Shown one piece after another: positions 25,256 through 38,843 of a stretch of DNA of 64,000 nucleotides. The notes beneath the pieces are model-generated. The model was given only the letters and a program-made list of their open reading frames with translations. It was not told the DNA's origin and ran no database searches. The stretch lies in assembly GCF_902713615.1 (NCBI RefSeq), contig NC_052167.1, positions 3,286,001-3,350,000 on the forward strand. Direction: 5' to 3'. Positions within the stretch are counted from its first letter, which is position 1. Every line of letters begins with the position of its first letter. This DNA is from Scyliorhinus canicula (Eukaryota). Made by a program: the position numbers and the translations under genes.

Positions 25256-25589
25256 GGGGCCTCACGGTAGCATGGTGGTTAGCATCAATGCTTCACAGCT
25301 CCAGGGTCCCAAGTTCGATTCCCGGCTGGGTCACTGTCTGTGTGGGGTCTGCACGTCCTCCCCGTGTGTGCGTGGGTTTCCTCCGGGTGCTCCGGTTTCC
25401 TCCCACAGTCCAAAGATGTGCGGGTCAGGTGGATTGGCCATGCTAAATTGCCCGTAGTGTAAGGTTAATGGGGGGATTGTTGGGTTAGGGGTATACGGGT
25501 TACGTGGGTTTAAGTAGGGTGATCATTGCTCGGCACAACATCGAGGGCCGAAGGGCCTGTTCTGTGCTGTACTGTTCTATCTATCTATC
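25256..25589 (+). mobile_element. V-SINE, CR1-tail type B; also at ~13907-14225 (+) and 61680-62025 (-)
   Basis: Tail cggcacaacatcgagggccgaagggcctgttctgtgctgta matches the 3' end of the adjacent long CR1. Confidence 0.85.
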
Positions 25590-26167
25590 ACAGCTCCCTG
25601 TGGGACTCCACTCATCAAACCCTATTAATCAGACAAACACCCATTTATCTGCCTGCCAGCAAATCTTTAATCCAGGCTAATATGTCACCCCCTATACTAT
25701 GAGCGTTTAATTTTTGTAATAACCTTTATTGTGGCATCTTATCAAATGCCTTCTGGAAATCTAAGCACAGCATATCTACAGGCTCCCTTTCTACTCCACA
25801 CTCTCATCATGTGACCTGTTTCTAGTCCAACATCCTTTTCCACATAAGATAGAGATAGAGAAATACAGCACAGAACAGGCCCTTTGGCCCACGATGTTGC
25901 GCCGAACTTTTGTCCTAGGTTAATCATAGAATTTTGGACAATTTTTCATGGCCAATCCACCCAACCTGCACATCTTTGGACTGTGGGAGGAAACCGGAGT
26001 ACCCGGAGGAAACCACGCAGTCACGGGGAGGATGTGCAGACTCCACACAGACAGTGACCCAAGTCGAAATCGAACTTGGGACCCTGGAGCTGTGAAGCAA
26101 TTGTGCTATCCACAATGCTACTGTGCTGCCCTTAAGAAGAAATTAATCTACACTCCATTATTCTACC

Positions 26168-28963
26168 CTAATCCATGTACCTATCCAATAGCCGCTTGAA
26201 GGTCCCTAACTTTTCCGACTCAACTACTTCCACAGGCAGTGCATTCCATGCCCCCACTATTCTCTGGGTAAAGAACCTACCTCTGACATCCCCTCTATAA
26301 CTTCCACCATTTATCTTCAATTTATGTCCCCTTGTAATGGTGTGTTCCACCCGGGGAAAAAGTCTCTGACTGTCTACTCTATCTATTCCCCTAATAATCT
26401 TATAAACCTCTATCAAGTCGCCCCTCATCCTTCTCCGTTCTAATGAGAAAAGGCCTAGCACCCTCAACCTTTCCTCGTATGACCTACTCTCCATTCCAGG
26501 CAACATCCTGGTAAATCTCCTTTGCACCTTTTCCAAAGCTTCCACATCCTTCCTAAAATGAGGTGACCAGAACTGCACACAGTACTCCAAATGTGGCCTG
26601 ACCAAGGTTTTGTACAGCTGCATCATCACCTCACGGCTCTTAAATTCAATCCCTCTGCTAATGAACGCTAGCACACCATAGGCCTTCTTCACAGCTCTAT
26701 CCACTTGAGTGGCAACTTTCAAAGATCTATGAACATAGACCCCAAGATCTCTCTGCTCCTCTACATTGCCAAGAACCCTACCATTAACCCTGTATTCCGC
26801 ATTCATATTTGTCCTTCCAAAATGGACAACCTCACATTTGTTAGGGTTAAACTCCATCTGCCACTTCTCAGCCCAGCTCTTGAAGCCGACAACAGCCCCC
26901 CTCACTATCCACAACTCCACCAATCTTCGTATCATCTGCAAATTTACTGACCCACCCTTCAATTTCCTCATCCAAGTCGTTAATGAAAATCACAAACAGC
27001 AGAGGACCCAGAACTGATCCCTGCGGTACGCCACTGATAACTGGGCTCCAGGCTGAATATTTGCCATCCACCACCACTCTCTGTCTTCTATCGGTTAGCG
27101 TTTGTTATCCAACTGGCCAAATTTCCCACTATCCCATGCCTCCTTACTTTCTGCATAAGCCTACCATGGGGAACCTTATCAAATGCCTTACTAAAATCCA
27201 TGTACACTACATCCACTGCTTTACCTTCATCCACATGCTTGGTCACCTCCTCAAAGAAGTCAATAAGACTTGTAAGACAAGACCTACCCCTCACAAATTC
27301 GTGCTGACTATCCCTAATCAAGCAATGCCTTTCCAGATGCTCAGAAATCCTATCCCTCAGTACCCTTTCCATTACTTTGCCTACCACCGAAGTAAGACTA
27401 ACTGGCCTGTAATTCCCAGGGTTATCCCTATTCCCTTTTTTGAACAGGGGCACGACATTCGCCACTCTCCAATCCTCTGGTACCACCCCTGTTGACAGCG
27501 AGGACGAAAAGATCATTGCCAACGACTCTGCAATTTCATTTCTTGCTTCCCATAGTTCCCATAGTGGATATATCCCGTCAGGCCCGGGGGACTTGTCTAT
27601 CCTCAAGTTTTTCAAAACGCGCAACACATCTTCCTTCCTGACAAGTATCTCCTCAAGCTTATCAGTCTGCTTCACGCTGTCCTCTCCAACAATATGGCCC
27701 CTCTCGTTTGTAAATACTGAACAAAAATACTTGTTCAAGACCTCTCCTATCTCTTCAGACTCAATACACAATCTCCCGCTACTGTCCTTAATCGGACCTA
27801 CCCTCGCTCTAGTCATTCTCATATTTCTCACATATGTGTAAAAGGCCTTGGGGTTTTCCTTGATCCTACCCGCCAAAGATTTTTCATGCCCTCTCTTAGC
27901 TCTCCTAATCCCTTTCTTCAGTTCCCTCCTGGCTATCTTGTATCCCTCCAGCGTCCTGTCTGAACCTTGTTTCTTCAGCCTTACATAAGTCTCCTTCTTC
28001 CTCTTAACAAGACATTCAACTTCTCTTGTCAACCATGGTTCCCTCACTCGACCATCTCTTCCCTGCGTGACAGGGACATACATATCAAAGACACGCAGTA
28101 CCTGTTCCTTGAACAAGTTCCACATTTCACTTGTGTCCTTCCCTGACAGCCTATGTTCCCAACTTCTACACTTCAATTCTTGTCTGACAGCATTGTATTT
28201 ACCCTTCCCCCAATTATAAACCTTGCCCTGTTGCACGCACCTATCCCTCTCCATAACTAAAGTGAAAGTCACAGAATTGTGGTCACTACCTCCAAAATGC
28301 TCCCCCACTAACAAATCTATCACCTGCCCTGGTTCATTACCAAGTACTAAATCCAATATGGCCTCCCCTCTGGTCGGACAATCTACATACTGTGTTAGAA
28401 AAGCTTCCTGGACACACTGCACAAACACTACCCCATCCAAACTATTTGATCTCCAGAGTTTCCACTCAATGTTTGGGAAGTTGAAGTCACCCATGACTAC
28501 TACCCTGTGACTTCTGCACCTTTCCAAAACCTGTTTCCCAATCTGTTCCTCCACATCTCTGCTGCTATTGGGGGGCCTATAGAAAACTCCCAACAAGGTG
28601 ACTGCTCCTTTCCTATTTCTGACTTCAACCCATACTACCTCAGTAGGCAGATCCCCCTCGAACTGCCTTTCTGCAGCTGTTATACTATCTCTAATTAACA
28701 ATGCCACCCCCCCCCCCCCCCCCCCACCTCTTACCATCCTCCCTAATCTTGTTGAAACATCTATAACCAGGGACCTCCAACAACCATTTCTGCCCCTCTT
28801 CTATCCAAGTTTCCATGATGGCCACCACATCGTAGTCCCAAGTACCGATCCATGCCTTGAGTTCACCCACCTTATTCCTGATGCTTCTTGCATTAAAGTA
28901 TACACACTTCAACCCTTCTCCTTGCCTACAAGTACTCTCCTTTGTCGTTGTTACCTTCCCCAC
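26168..28963 (-). pseudogene. CR1 ORF2 (APE endonuclease + reverse transcriptase), frameshifted
   Basis: [54 protein letters not shown] and RPHLEYCVQFW motifs across ORFs 28691-28963, 27088-28737, 26868-27077 and 26168-26971. Confidence 0.92.
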
Positions 28964-29071
28964 TGCATCACTACGTGCTTTGGCGTCCTGACTATCATCT
29001 TCCTTAGTTGCTGGACTACAGATCCGGTTCCCATTCCCCTGCCAAATTAGTTTAAACCCTCCCGAAGAGCA

Positions 29072-29982
29072 CTAGAAAACCTCCCCCCCCCCCCCCCCCC
29101 CCAGGATATTGGTGCCCCTCTGGTTCAGATGCAACCCGTCCTGCTTGTACAGGTCCCACCTTCCCCAGAATGCGCTCCAATTATCCAAATACCTGAAGCC
29201 CTCCCTCCTACACCATTCCTGCAGCCACGTGTTCAACTGCACTCTCTCCCTATTCCTAGCCTCGCTATCACGTGGCACCGGCAACAAACCAGAGATGACA
29301 ACTCTGTCTGTCCTGGCCTTTAACTTCCAGCCTAACTCCCTAAACTTGTTTATTACCTCCACACCCTTTTTCCTACCTACATCGTTGGTACCAATGTGCA
29401 CCACGACTTCTGGCTGCTCACCCTCCCCCTTCAGGATCCTGAAGACACGATCCGAGACATCCCTGGCACCCGGGAGGCAACATACCTTTCGGGAGTCTCG
29501 CTCGCGACCACAGAATCTCCTATCTATTCCCCTAACCATTGAATCTGCTATTACTATTGCTTTTCTATGCTCCCCCCTTCCCTTCTGAGCCCCAGAGCCA
29601 GACTCAGTGCCAGAGACCTGGCCGCTGGGGCCTTCCCCCGGTAGGTCATCCCCCCCAACAGCATCCAAAATGGTATACTTGTTTTGAAGGGGAACGGCCA
29701 CAAGGGATCCCTGCACTGTCTGCGTTAGTTTTCTTTCCCCTGACTGTAACCCAGCTACTCTTGTGTAGCTTTGGTGTGGCTACCTCCCTGTACCTTCTCT
29801 ATAACCCCCTCTGCCTCCCGGATGATCCGAAGTTCATCCAGCTCCAGCTCCAGTACCTTAACACGGTCTCTGAGGAGCTGGAGTTGGGTGCACTTCCCGC
29901 AGGTATAGTCACCGGGGACACCAGTAGTTTCCCTCACCACCCACATCCTACAGGAGGAGCATGCAACTGCCCTAGCCTCCAT
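29072..29982 (-). pseudogene. CR1 ORF1 (zinc finger/coiled coil + SGNH esterase), frameshifted
   Basis: CSSC..CGKC plus a leucine-rich coil; SGNH blocks IADSMVR, HIGTND and DGLHL. Confidence 0.88.
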
Positions 29983-30143
29983 CCCCTCTTACTTTACAGA
30001 ATTAGCTGCCCCTTGGACCAACTGGACCTCCGCCCTCCGACTCTACTTCCAGTCAGCTGTACTCTAAACTCCTGGCTCCCTTCATGCTCTTTGATAAATA
30101 TAGGAAATGAAATGTAAGGAGCACCTTACTCCCTCCTCACCTA

Positions 30144-30254
30144 ACTCCCTCAGTCACCAAACTCTCACTGTAGCATTCAAATGCCACAAGCTCAGCACTC
30201 CCTCAGTCACCAAACTCTCACTGTAGCACTCAAATGCCACAAGCTCAGCACTCC
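30144..30254. repeat. 53-bp tandem duplication in the CR1 5' UTR
   Basis: actccctcagtcaccaaactctcactgtagcaYtcaaatgccacaagctcagc x2. Confidence 0.9.
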
Positions 30255-32574
30255 AGTGCAAACAAAGTCTGCACTGTAACAATCTCCTATAGATAATATA
30301 TATTATCTATATATAAGGTGGGTAGTTGAAACGAAAGGGAAAATGCTGGTAAATCTCAGCAAGTCTGGCAGCATCTGTAGGGAGAGAAAAAAAAGCTAAA
30401 GTTTCGAGTCCGATGACTCTTTTTGGTAGTTGGGTCGATCAACATCCTGTGTGGTGGCTTTCACACCTCGAGAGTTTGAAATGGCTGGTGTCTTGTGTCT
30501 GAATGACCCATTCTATTTGAAATTACCCTTTTGAATTAGTTTAAGGTTAAGGCATCGAGTGCCCATCAGTCTGGAAGGTTCCTTTGTTTCCCCTTGAGAC
30601 AGGGGACTAATTTCAATCCACAAAACAAGTCAGGTGATCGTCGAGTAGCCATCTTTTTGTAGCCTTTGGTCTTCAGCTTTTTAAAATATAATAATTAGTC
30701 TGAAGTTCAGAATACACTGGGGACATGACACTGTGCTCCTGGGGACCCCCAATGGCACATTCCTCGGACGCAGTGTCCTCTGGAAGGCAATCTCTGTCAA
30801 TGTTATTGCAGAGAGGTTTTTTACTTTGTATGCAGCAGGAATAATATGCTATAAAACAAAAAAAAAGGTCGCTCAATGGTTAGCACTGTTGCCTCACAGG
30901 GCCAGGAACCCGGGTTCAATTCCCGCCTTAGGTGACTGTGTGGAGTTTGTACGTCCTCCCCGTGTCTGCGTAGGTTTCCTCCGGGTGCTACGGTTTCCTC
31001 CCACAGTCCAAACGTGTGCAGGTTAGGTGTATTGGCCAGGTTAAATTGCCCCTTAGTGTCCAACGGTTAGGTGGGGTTATGGGGATAGGGTGGCTTGTGG
31101 CCTAGGTGGGGTGTTCTTTGAGAGGGTCAGTGCAGACTCGATGGGCAGAATGGCCTCCTTCTGCTCTGTAGTGATTCTAAACTTATTGAGGCATTCCCAA
31201 TGCCAGTATGCCTGCCAATACACTAGTAGAATTCTGTTGACGTCCTGGAGCCTGTGATCTTCTTGCAGAGCCCAGACTGAAACCTGCTTTACGCAGTGCC
31301 AGGAGCTGCATGATGGCTTGTCAATTCCAGAGAGCCCTTTGTGCTGTTCTGTCAGCTCCCACTTCCAAGTCTATTATGCAGCAGTCTCACTAACTTGGCC
31401 AGCTAGGCTGGGGGCTGCTGCTGAGTACAGATCTTCATTCTGCTGTACAAATGCTGCCTCCTGCGTAGGCGTCAAGTAGTCCCCAGAAAGTCACTAACAG
31501 TCGGTCCACTGCACACGCTACCTGGGGCTTTTCAGTGGAAAGGCTTACACAGCTTTTAAAAAGTGTAGCTCCGTTGTAATTAAAACTCGAGAGGAAAACT
31601 AATTAAAACCGCAGTCTTTAACAGGCTGAAAATTGGTGGTGTGTAGTGTATGAATTTTCCAATGTATTGTTCTTTTTTTAAATATAAATTTAGAGTACCG
31701 AATTCATTTTGTTCCAATTAAGGGGCAATTTAGTGTGGCCAATTCACCTAGCCTGCACATAATTGGGTTGTGGGGGCGAAACCCTCGCAAACACAGGGAG
31801 AATGTGCAAACTCCACACAGACAGTGACCCAGGGCCGGGATTGAACCTGGGACCTCTGCGCCGTGAGGCAGTATTGCTACCACTGTACTACCGTGCTGCC
31901 CTCTTTTTCATAATTCCTCACAAAAGAGAATATAGACATGGATAAAACAATGACATGAACATTTTTTCCAGTGGTTACGTGTGCAGTGGAACGACCGAAT
32001 GCAATTTTTCTGTATTGTACTTCGACATAAACTAGAACCAAAGGACACCATCTCAGACTAAAGGGATGATCCTTTGGAACAGAGATGAGGAGGAATATCT
32101 TCGGCCAGAGGGTGGTGAATCTGTGGAACTCTTGCCGCAGAAGGCTGTGGAGGCCAAATCACTGAGTGTCTTTCAGACCGAGATAGATAGGTTTTTGATT
32201 AATAAGGGGATCAGGGGTTATGAGGAGAAGGCAGGAGAATGGGGATGAGAAAATATCAGCCTTGAATGAATGGCGGAGCAGAATCGATGGGCTGAGTGGC
32301 CTAATTCTGCTCCTATGTGTTATGGTCTTATTTCCAACCCATTCTTCATTTCCTGTTGGACTTACCATACTCCAGAACTGACGTAAACTACCATACCTTG
32401 ACTAAGGTATCCCATTGTACCAGAGATAGAACAATCATCACTTATGTTTCCTTACGTAGCCTTTAACCGGCCTGATTTGGACTCTTCTATGCACTTGTGT
32501 TGCTGCACCTCAACTGTGAATCGGCGCTCCAAGGTGCAACAGTGCTGTTAACGATTTCTCCTCTTCTTCTGCAG

Positions 32575-32674
32575 GAGTTGTAGACTATATGGATGAGCCT
32601 TGTGACTCTCTACTTATAGAGCAGACGGACCGAGGCTACCGCTGTGCCATGGCTGTGCCCAGCGCTCTTTACAA
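32575..32674 (+). CDS. ASCC1: ASCC1 coding exon
   Basis: ttctgcag| acceptor and |gtgagt donor; (G)VVDYMDEPCDSLLIEQTDRGYRCAMAVPSALY(K); 100 nt, phases consistent. Confidence 0.92.
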
Positions 32675-34780
32675 GTGAGTTGTCACTGTTTGGGATTTAC
32701 AAGCATGTTTCTGTTTGCCCTAGACTAAACCATGTCCTTTCCCCACATCCCAGTCACACAGTAGGGCCATAAAGATCCTAACAAACTGTTTGACTTGGAG
32801 CCTGGTCAATCTTGGCTGGTGCCTTAAACGGATCAGTCATGGTCACATTGAATGGTGGAGCAGACTCGATGGGCCGAATGGCCTACTTCTATTCCTCTAT
32901 CTTATGGTCTTAAACAGCTGGTCTTAAACAATAGTTTTCAATCTATCGCACAAAATAGGCAGTGCATTTAGCACTGAATTCCCACGTAATTTATTTATAT
33001 GTGGCATGCTTTGATATTCAAGGTACGAGTTGGCTGATTACAAAGGGAAACTGTACCTTTCTCTCTCTATCAGATTTAGGGATGGAACGGTACACTGAAA
33101 TCTGTACCCAAAATATAAATCCAGTTTTGTTTTCTCTTTTCAGGGCCCTGTTTGTGAGCTACTGAACTTCATTGTAGATCTGGGGATGTTAGCAATTAGT
33201 TTCTAACTGATCTAAAAAATATTCTCACTGACCCTCAACATGAACAATGAAAATGTTCTTAGAGTCATCGAGTCATAGATATTTACAGCATGGAAACAGG
33301 CCCTTCGGCCCAGCTTGTCCATGCCGCCCAGTTTCTATCCCTAAGCTAGTCCCACTTGCCCGCATTTGGCCCAAAACCCTCTATACCCACCCTGCCCATG
33401 TAACTAACTGTTTTTTAAAGGTAAAGAATTGGACCCGCCTCTACCACTGCCTCTGGCAGCTTGTTCCAGATGCTCACCACCCTGTGTGTGAAAAAATGTC
33501 CCCCCTGGTCTCTTTTATATCTCTCCCCTCTCACCTTAAACCTATGCCCTATAGTTCTAGACTCCTCTACCTTTGGGAAAAGATGTTGACGATCTAATTT
33601 AATTTGTCGGCAAAATATTAAAGATAGCTTTCAGCCAAGGCCAGTTCGAGACTGTTTGTGTTTTCCAGTGTTGCCATAGGGTGGCAGTGCACTATTCAAT
33701 GTACAGCTTTCACCATTTGATATATTCAGATTCCCCAAGATATTTCGTTGGGGGTGGGCGGGCTGTTGGAACTGAATAGGAGTTAAGAAAAGAGCTGAAG
33801 AAATAAAACACGAAAACACTGGATAAGACGCAGTTCAAATGTTGTGGACAATCCTGGGCACCTCACTGGGTATAGAGGACATTTTCCAGGATGTTGGGGG
33901 GGGGATTGGAAAAGTAAGGACTGTTATCCTTGAAATGGAGAAGATTGAGATGTACCTACCTACTCGAGATGTTCAAGATGAGGGGATTTGATGGAGCAGG
34001 TGGAGGAAAAGTGTTCCCTTTGGCAAATGGGGCCATACATTCAAAATCATTAGTGAAAGATCTAGAGGAAAGATAAGAATTTTTGGGAGCTGGAATGCTC
34101 AACCTGCGAAGTGGTAAAAATTAATTCCATCAATCATTTTAAAAGGGAGTTTATTGAGGATGAGTGACTGTCAGGGGTGACGCAGGAATGTGGGATGGGC
34201 CATCACTGCTCTTTCTAACAACCAGTACAGGCACCATAGGCCTAGTGGCCTCCCTTTGTGCTGTACATTTCTATTGTTCCTTGAGGTGACCAGATTTTAT
34301 GGAGAGGTTTGAAGACAACGAATGACATAGCAAAGGCTTCAGGGAGAGAATTCCTGTGAATGAGGGTGTGATAATGACTGACGGTGTTCCTATCGGTGTT
34401 GGTATTGGAGGGGAGAGATAATGTTTGCTGTCCGTTAGAGGGGAGGTACAGTGGTTAGCACTGATGCCTCACAGAGCCAGAAACCCAGGTTCGATTCCAG
34501 CCTTGGTTTACTGTGTGGAGTCTGCACGTTCTCCCCGTGTCTGCATGGGATTTCTCCGGGTGCTCTGGTTTCCTCTAAAGCTGTGCACCTTGGGTGGATT
34601 GGCCCTGCTATATTGCCCTCCTGTGTAAAGATTTGCAGGTTAGGTGGGGTTACTGGGATAGGGCAGGGGAGTGGGTCTAGGCTGGGTAGTCTTTCGGAGG
34701 GTCGGTGCAGACTCAGTGGGCCGCATGGCCTCCTTCTGCACTGTGGGGATTCTGTGGGACTTAGCTGCTTAAAACCCCTT

Positions 34781-37200
34781 CTCTGGCAGTCGCTCAGGCT
34801 CGAGGATGACTTTCTTCCTCTCTGGGGGGTGTGTTGGGTCTGCCATGGCTGAATAGACCAATCCTGGAGCTGCAGACTCTGCCATAGGTGGGTTAGGTGG
34901 TGATCAATGAGTCAGGTGGGTGCGACGCTCTGGATTCTGCACGCTCTGACGGATGCCTTCCACGCGTTCCACTCGACATGCAAGATGATTGGCGCCTTCG
35001 AGGATGCTTCTTCTCCACTGTGCGTACTCGAGGGCAAGCGATTTGTTGGTGGGGATGTTGCATTTAGGGAAGTTTTCAGGATGTCCGGATAGAGTTTCCC
35101 CTGCCCTCCTAATGATCGCTTGACATTGCAGAGCTCAAAGTAGAGCACTTACTTAGCGAGTTTATTGGGCATGGAGCCATGGGATGGGGCATGTGACCAG
35201 TGCCTCGATACTGGAGATATTGGCCTGGGAGAGGACGCTCACATTGGTACACCTATCCTGCCAGTGGCTTTGCAGGATTCTGCGGAGGCAGCGTTGGTGA
35301 TATGTCTCCAGGTGTCTGCTGTGCATTGTCCATCTTTCTGATGCAAACAGGAGGGTGGGGACCACGGCTGCTCTGTAGGCCATGAGCTTGATGCTGGATT
35401 TGAGATCTTGGTCATCGAACACTGTGTTCCTCAGGAGTCCGAAGGCCGTGTTGGCTCAATGGAGTCGATGCTGGATTTCATCATTGATGTCTTCTCGCAC
35501 CAAGGTATGGGAAATGGACAATGTTGTCCCTTCCAGATGTTTAGTCTGAGGCCTAGTCTCTCAAATGCCTTGGTGAATGCGTCAACGCTGGTTTGTAGTT
35601 CGGTCTCTGAGTGTGTGACACAGAAACGTCACCTGTGTCCAGCAACTCGGACAGAAATTGGGGTGGTTTTGTCCCTGGCCTGGATGGGTGGAGTGTTGCA
35701 GCGAGGAAGATGGAGAAGAGCATTGGTGCGATGAAGCAGCCCTGCTTGACCCTAGGTTACACTCGGATCGGGTTTGTGGTGGATCTGTTGCTGAGGATCA
35801 CAGCTTACATGTCATCGTGGAACAGGCGGAGAATGGTGATGAATCTCCTGATCATTCTCGTCAAACCAGTCCTGGTGTTTCCTGGTCGAGAGACCGAGCG
35901 TCTCCTCTCAGCTGCTGACTGTGGTGGATTTTAGGGCAGACCAGGAGCTGTGGGAGCTCTCCGGCTCTGGCTCTCTGATCGTCGCCAGGTTCGCTGTGAG
36001 GCACCAGGCTGAGCAGCTCTTTCTTCTCGGGGTCTTGATTCCAGCGACAGCGAGCCTCCTGCGGCCGAGTTTCTTCTGCCTGTGTCGGTTTGGGGCCAGA
36101 TTGATGGAGGTGGGCGAGCGGATCAGTCGGTGGTCAGTCCAGCAGTGTCGTCGGCTCCAGTCGTGATGCGGACATCTTTGCGGTCCCTCACTCGGATGAT
36201 GGTGTCGTCTATTAAGTGCCAGTGCTTGGAGCGGGGGTCTTGCCACAGGTCTTGTGCCTGTCTCTCTGGCAGAACAGGGTGTTCGTGATGACCAGGTCAT
36301 GTTCGAGGCATTTCGTCAGGAGGAGGACTCCATTGGTGTTTGCTTTCCCTACGTCTTCCCTGCCTAACACGCCTTTCCAAAGGTTTGCGTCCTTCCTGAT
36401 TCTGGGCATTGAAGTCGCCGAGGAGAATCGGGTTGTTTACCTTTGGATGCAGGACAGCCATTGGTCGAGGCTGGAGTAGAATGTCTCTTCTGCCTCGTCC
36501 AATGCATCTCGGGTTATGGGCGTAGGCGCTGATGGCTGCGATGATAATAATAATCGCTTATTGTCACAAGTAGGCTTCAATGAAGTTACTGTGAAAAGCC
36601 CCCAGTCACCACATTCCGGCGCCTGTTCAGGGAGGCCGGTACGGGAATTGAACCCGTGCTGCTGCCTTGTTCTGCATTACAAGCCAGCTGTTTAGCCCAG
36701 TGTACTAAACCACTGCTGGTGGGCCAGTGTGAGCTGTAAGGTGATGAGGTCCTCACTTACCTGCAGGGGATTTATTGAGATGTCTGTCAAATTTTTTTTT
36801 TTTTTTTTACAGCGAAGTCAGACCCGTAGAGATGGCGTTCCCTTACAGAAGAAGGTATCCACCGCCTTGTTCTTTAAGCTGGCCTTCTCCTGCCAGTCGT
36901 GTCATTGCTCAGGGAGGCCACGTCAGTGTTGTAGCACCAGTGTTCCTGGGTTATGATGACGGTGCGACATTCGATTCTGTCACTGTTGGGGTTATCCATT
37001 GGGGCCCTGACATTCCAGATCCTGAAATTCATTTGGGTGTGTGTGATGGGGTTGGAGCTGGAAGATGCCTGTTTGCGAATTGTTTTAACGTGGAGTGGTC
37101 GTTGCACACCAACCACCGGACGGTCCCAGCGGAGCGAGGTCCGGTGGCAGGGGACTCTGCGACGACTGGAGACCAGGCTCTGCCGTAGGGCAGGGGACTA
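34781..37200 (-). mobile_element. Degraded, internally deleted RTE-clade LINE
   Basis: Endonuclease-start remnant WNVRAPMDNPNSDR..RT, NTNGVLLLTKCLEHDLVITNTLF, and C-terminal KLMAYRAAVVPTLLFASERWT..HQRCLRRIL; a SINE is nested at ~36541. Confidence 0.8.
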
Positions 37201-38312
37201 ACAAACACTGATCGTCCACCAGTCAGCTTATAAACTCACAGCAAGACAAGAAACATTTTTTTGAAAGCTGATTTAATCCAGCAGGTCCTTACCCACTTTG
37301 ACTGAAATGCTGAGTGATCCATTTGCGAGAGACTGGAAACTGATCCTTCCCAAATTTATATTTAGCATTGAACAGTTTTAAATAGAAGATGCAAGTTAAG
37401 TGTTAGATTGGTGAGGTTACCTGTACAAACTGAGCACAGCCTCCTTACATTTCAGCAGTGGGTAAACATCAACTCCTCTCATTTCTAGACAAGTACGGGT
37501 TATTACAAGTTAGTTCTCTTCAATGGAAGTGGAGCGGCTTTATAAAGAAGTCAAAATTTCCTTCACTAAACCAACAATTGTTTAAGTTTCTAAAGTGAGG
37601 TTGATTTGCCGGATAAAATCCATCATTTTTCTTTTTAAATTTATTTACATTCATTTTTTCCAATGAAAATGAAATGAAATGAAAAAATGAAATGAAGGGG
37701 CAATTTAGCGTGGCCAATCCACCAGGGATAGCAGGGACGATAGTGACGTTTAAGGGGCACCTTGACAAATACATGAATAGGATGGGAATAGAGGGATACG
37801 GACCCCGGAAGTGTAGAACATTTTAGTTTAGACGGGCAACATGGTCGGCGCAGGCTTGGAGGGCCGAAGGGCCTGTTCCTGTGCTGTACTTTTCTTTGTT
37901 CTTTGTACCCTGCACATCTTTGGATTGTGGGGGCGAAACCCACATAAACACGGGGAGAATGTGTAAACTCCACGCGGACAGTGACCCAGAGCCGGGATTG
38001 ACCCGGGACCTTGGTGCCGTGAGGCTGCAGGGCTAACCCACTGCGCCACCGTGCTGCCCTGCTAAAATCCATCATAAATGGTTAACATTATGTATTATTT
38101 TCTTTTCTTTGGTATGTTTGGGTGTGCCCTTCTCTTCTGGGGCTGGTTTAGCTCACTCGGCTAAATCGCTGGCTTTGAAAGCAGGCCAGCAGCACGGTTC
38201 GATTCCCGTACCAGCATCCCCGAACAGGCGCCGGAATGTGGTAACTAGGGGCTTTTCACAGTAACTTAATTGAAGCCTACTCGTGACAAGCAATTTTCTT
38301 TTTTTCTTCGTA

Positions 38313-38351
<39 letters not shown>

Positions 38352-38599
38352 TTCTTATCCTGTGTACATAACGGTAAATATACCTTGTTCAAAAACCCAA
38401 TAAAAAACATTTATAAAAAAAATAAATAGTTAACATGTGTCACTTCCAGAAAGGCGAACTCTTGATATTTACCTTGTCCAAGGATTAATGGCTTCAAAAA
38501 ACATTTTGACAGTTTAATTCGTTCCACGAGCAAGGGTGTCCTCACCTGACCATGAAATACATTCAGCGTGATGAAAATATAGTTTTCCTTTTTCCACAG

Positions 38600-38697
38600 A
38601 TACATAATCGGGAAGAAAGGGGAGACTAAACGGAGACTGGAGACTGAAACACGAACTTCCATAACAATCCCTAAACTTGGAATGGAGGGAGAAATCG
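38600..38697 (+). CDS. ASCC1: ASCC1 coding exon (KH domain GxxG loop)
   Basis: ttccacag| acceptor and |gtgagc donor; YIIGKKGETKRRLETETRTSITIPKLGMEGEI; 98 nt. Confidence 0.94.
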
Positions 38698-38843
38698 GTG
38701 AGCTTGGTGTCCAAAGGGAATCTTTTATTAGTGCATGAAATGTTTGTTCGCGGTAAGCTTCTGTTTCTGTACACTGTCCTGTGCCTGCGTACAGCAAGAC
38801 CTGGACAACATTTGGGCTTGGGCTGATAAATGACAAATAACAT

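Larger units (their letters stand above)
25847..30278 (-). mobile_element. Near-full-length CR1-clade LINE (HER1-like), inactivated
   Basis: 5' UTR, ORF1, ORF2 and a 3' tail ending in (ctatct)n are all present; several frameshifts and small deletions. Confidence 0.93.

Noticed and set aside
26983-29588. Several 95-170-aa + strand ORFs over the CR1
   Set aside because: They are antisense shadows of CR1 ORF1/ORF2 with no independent motifs.
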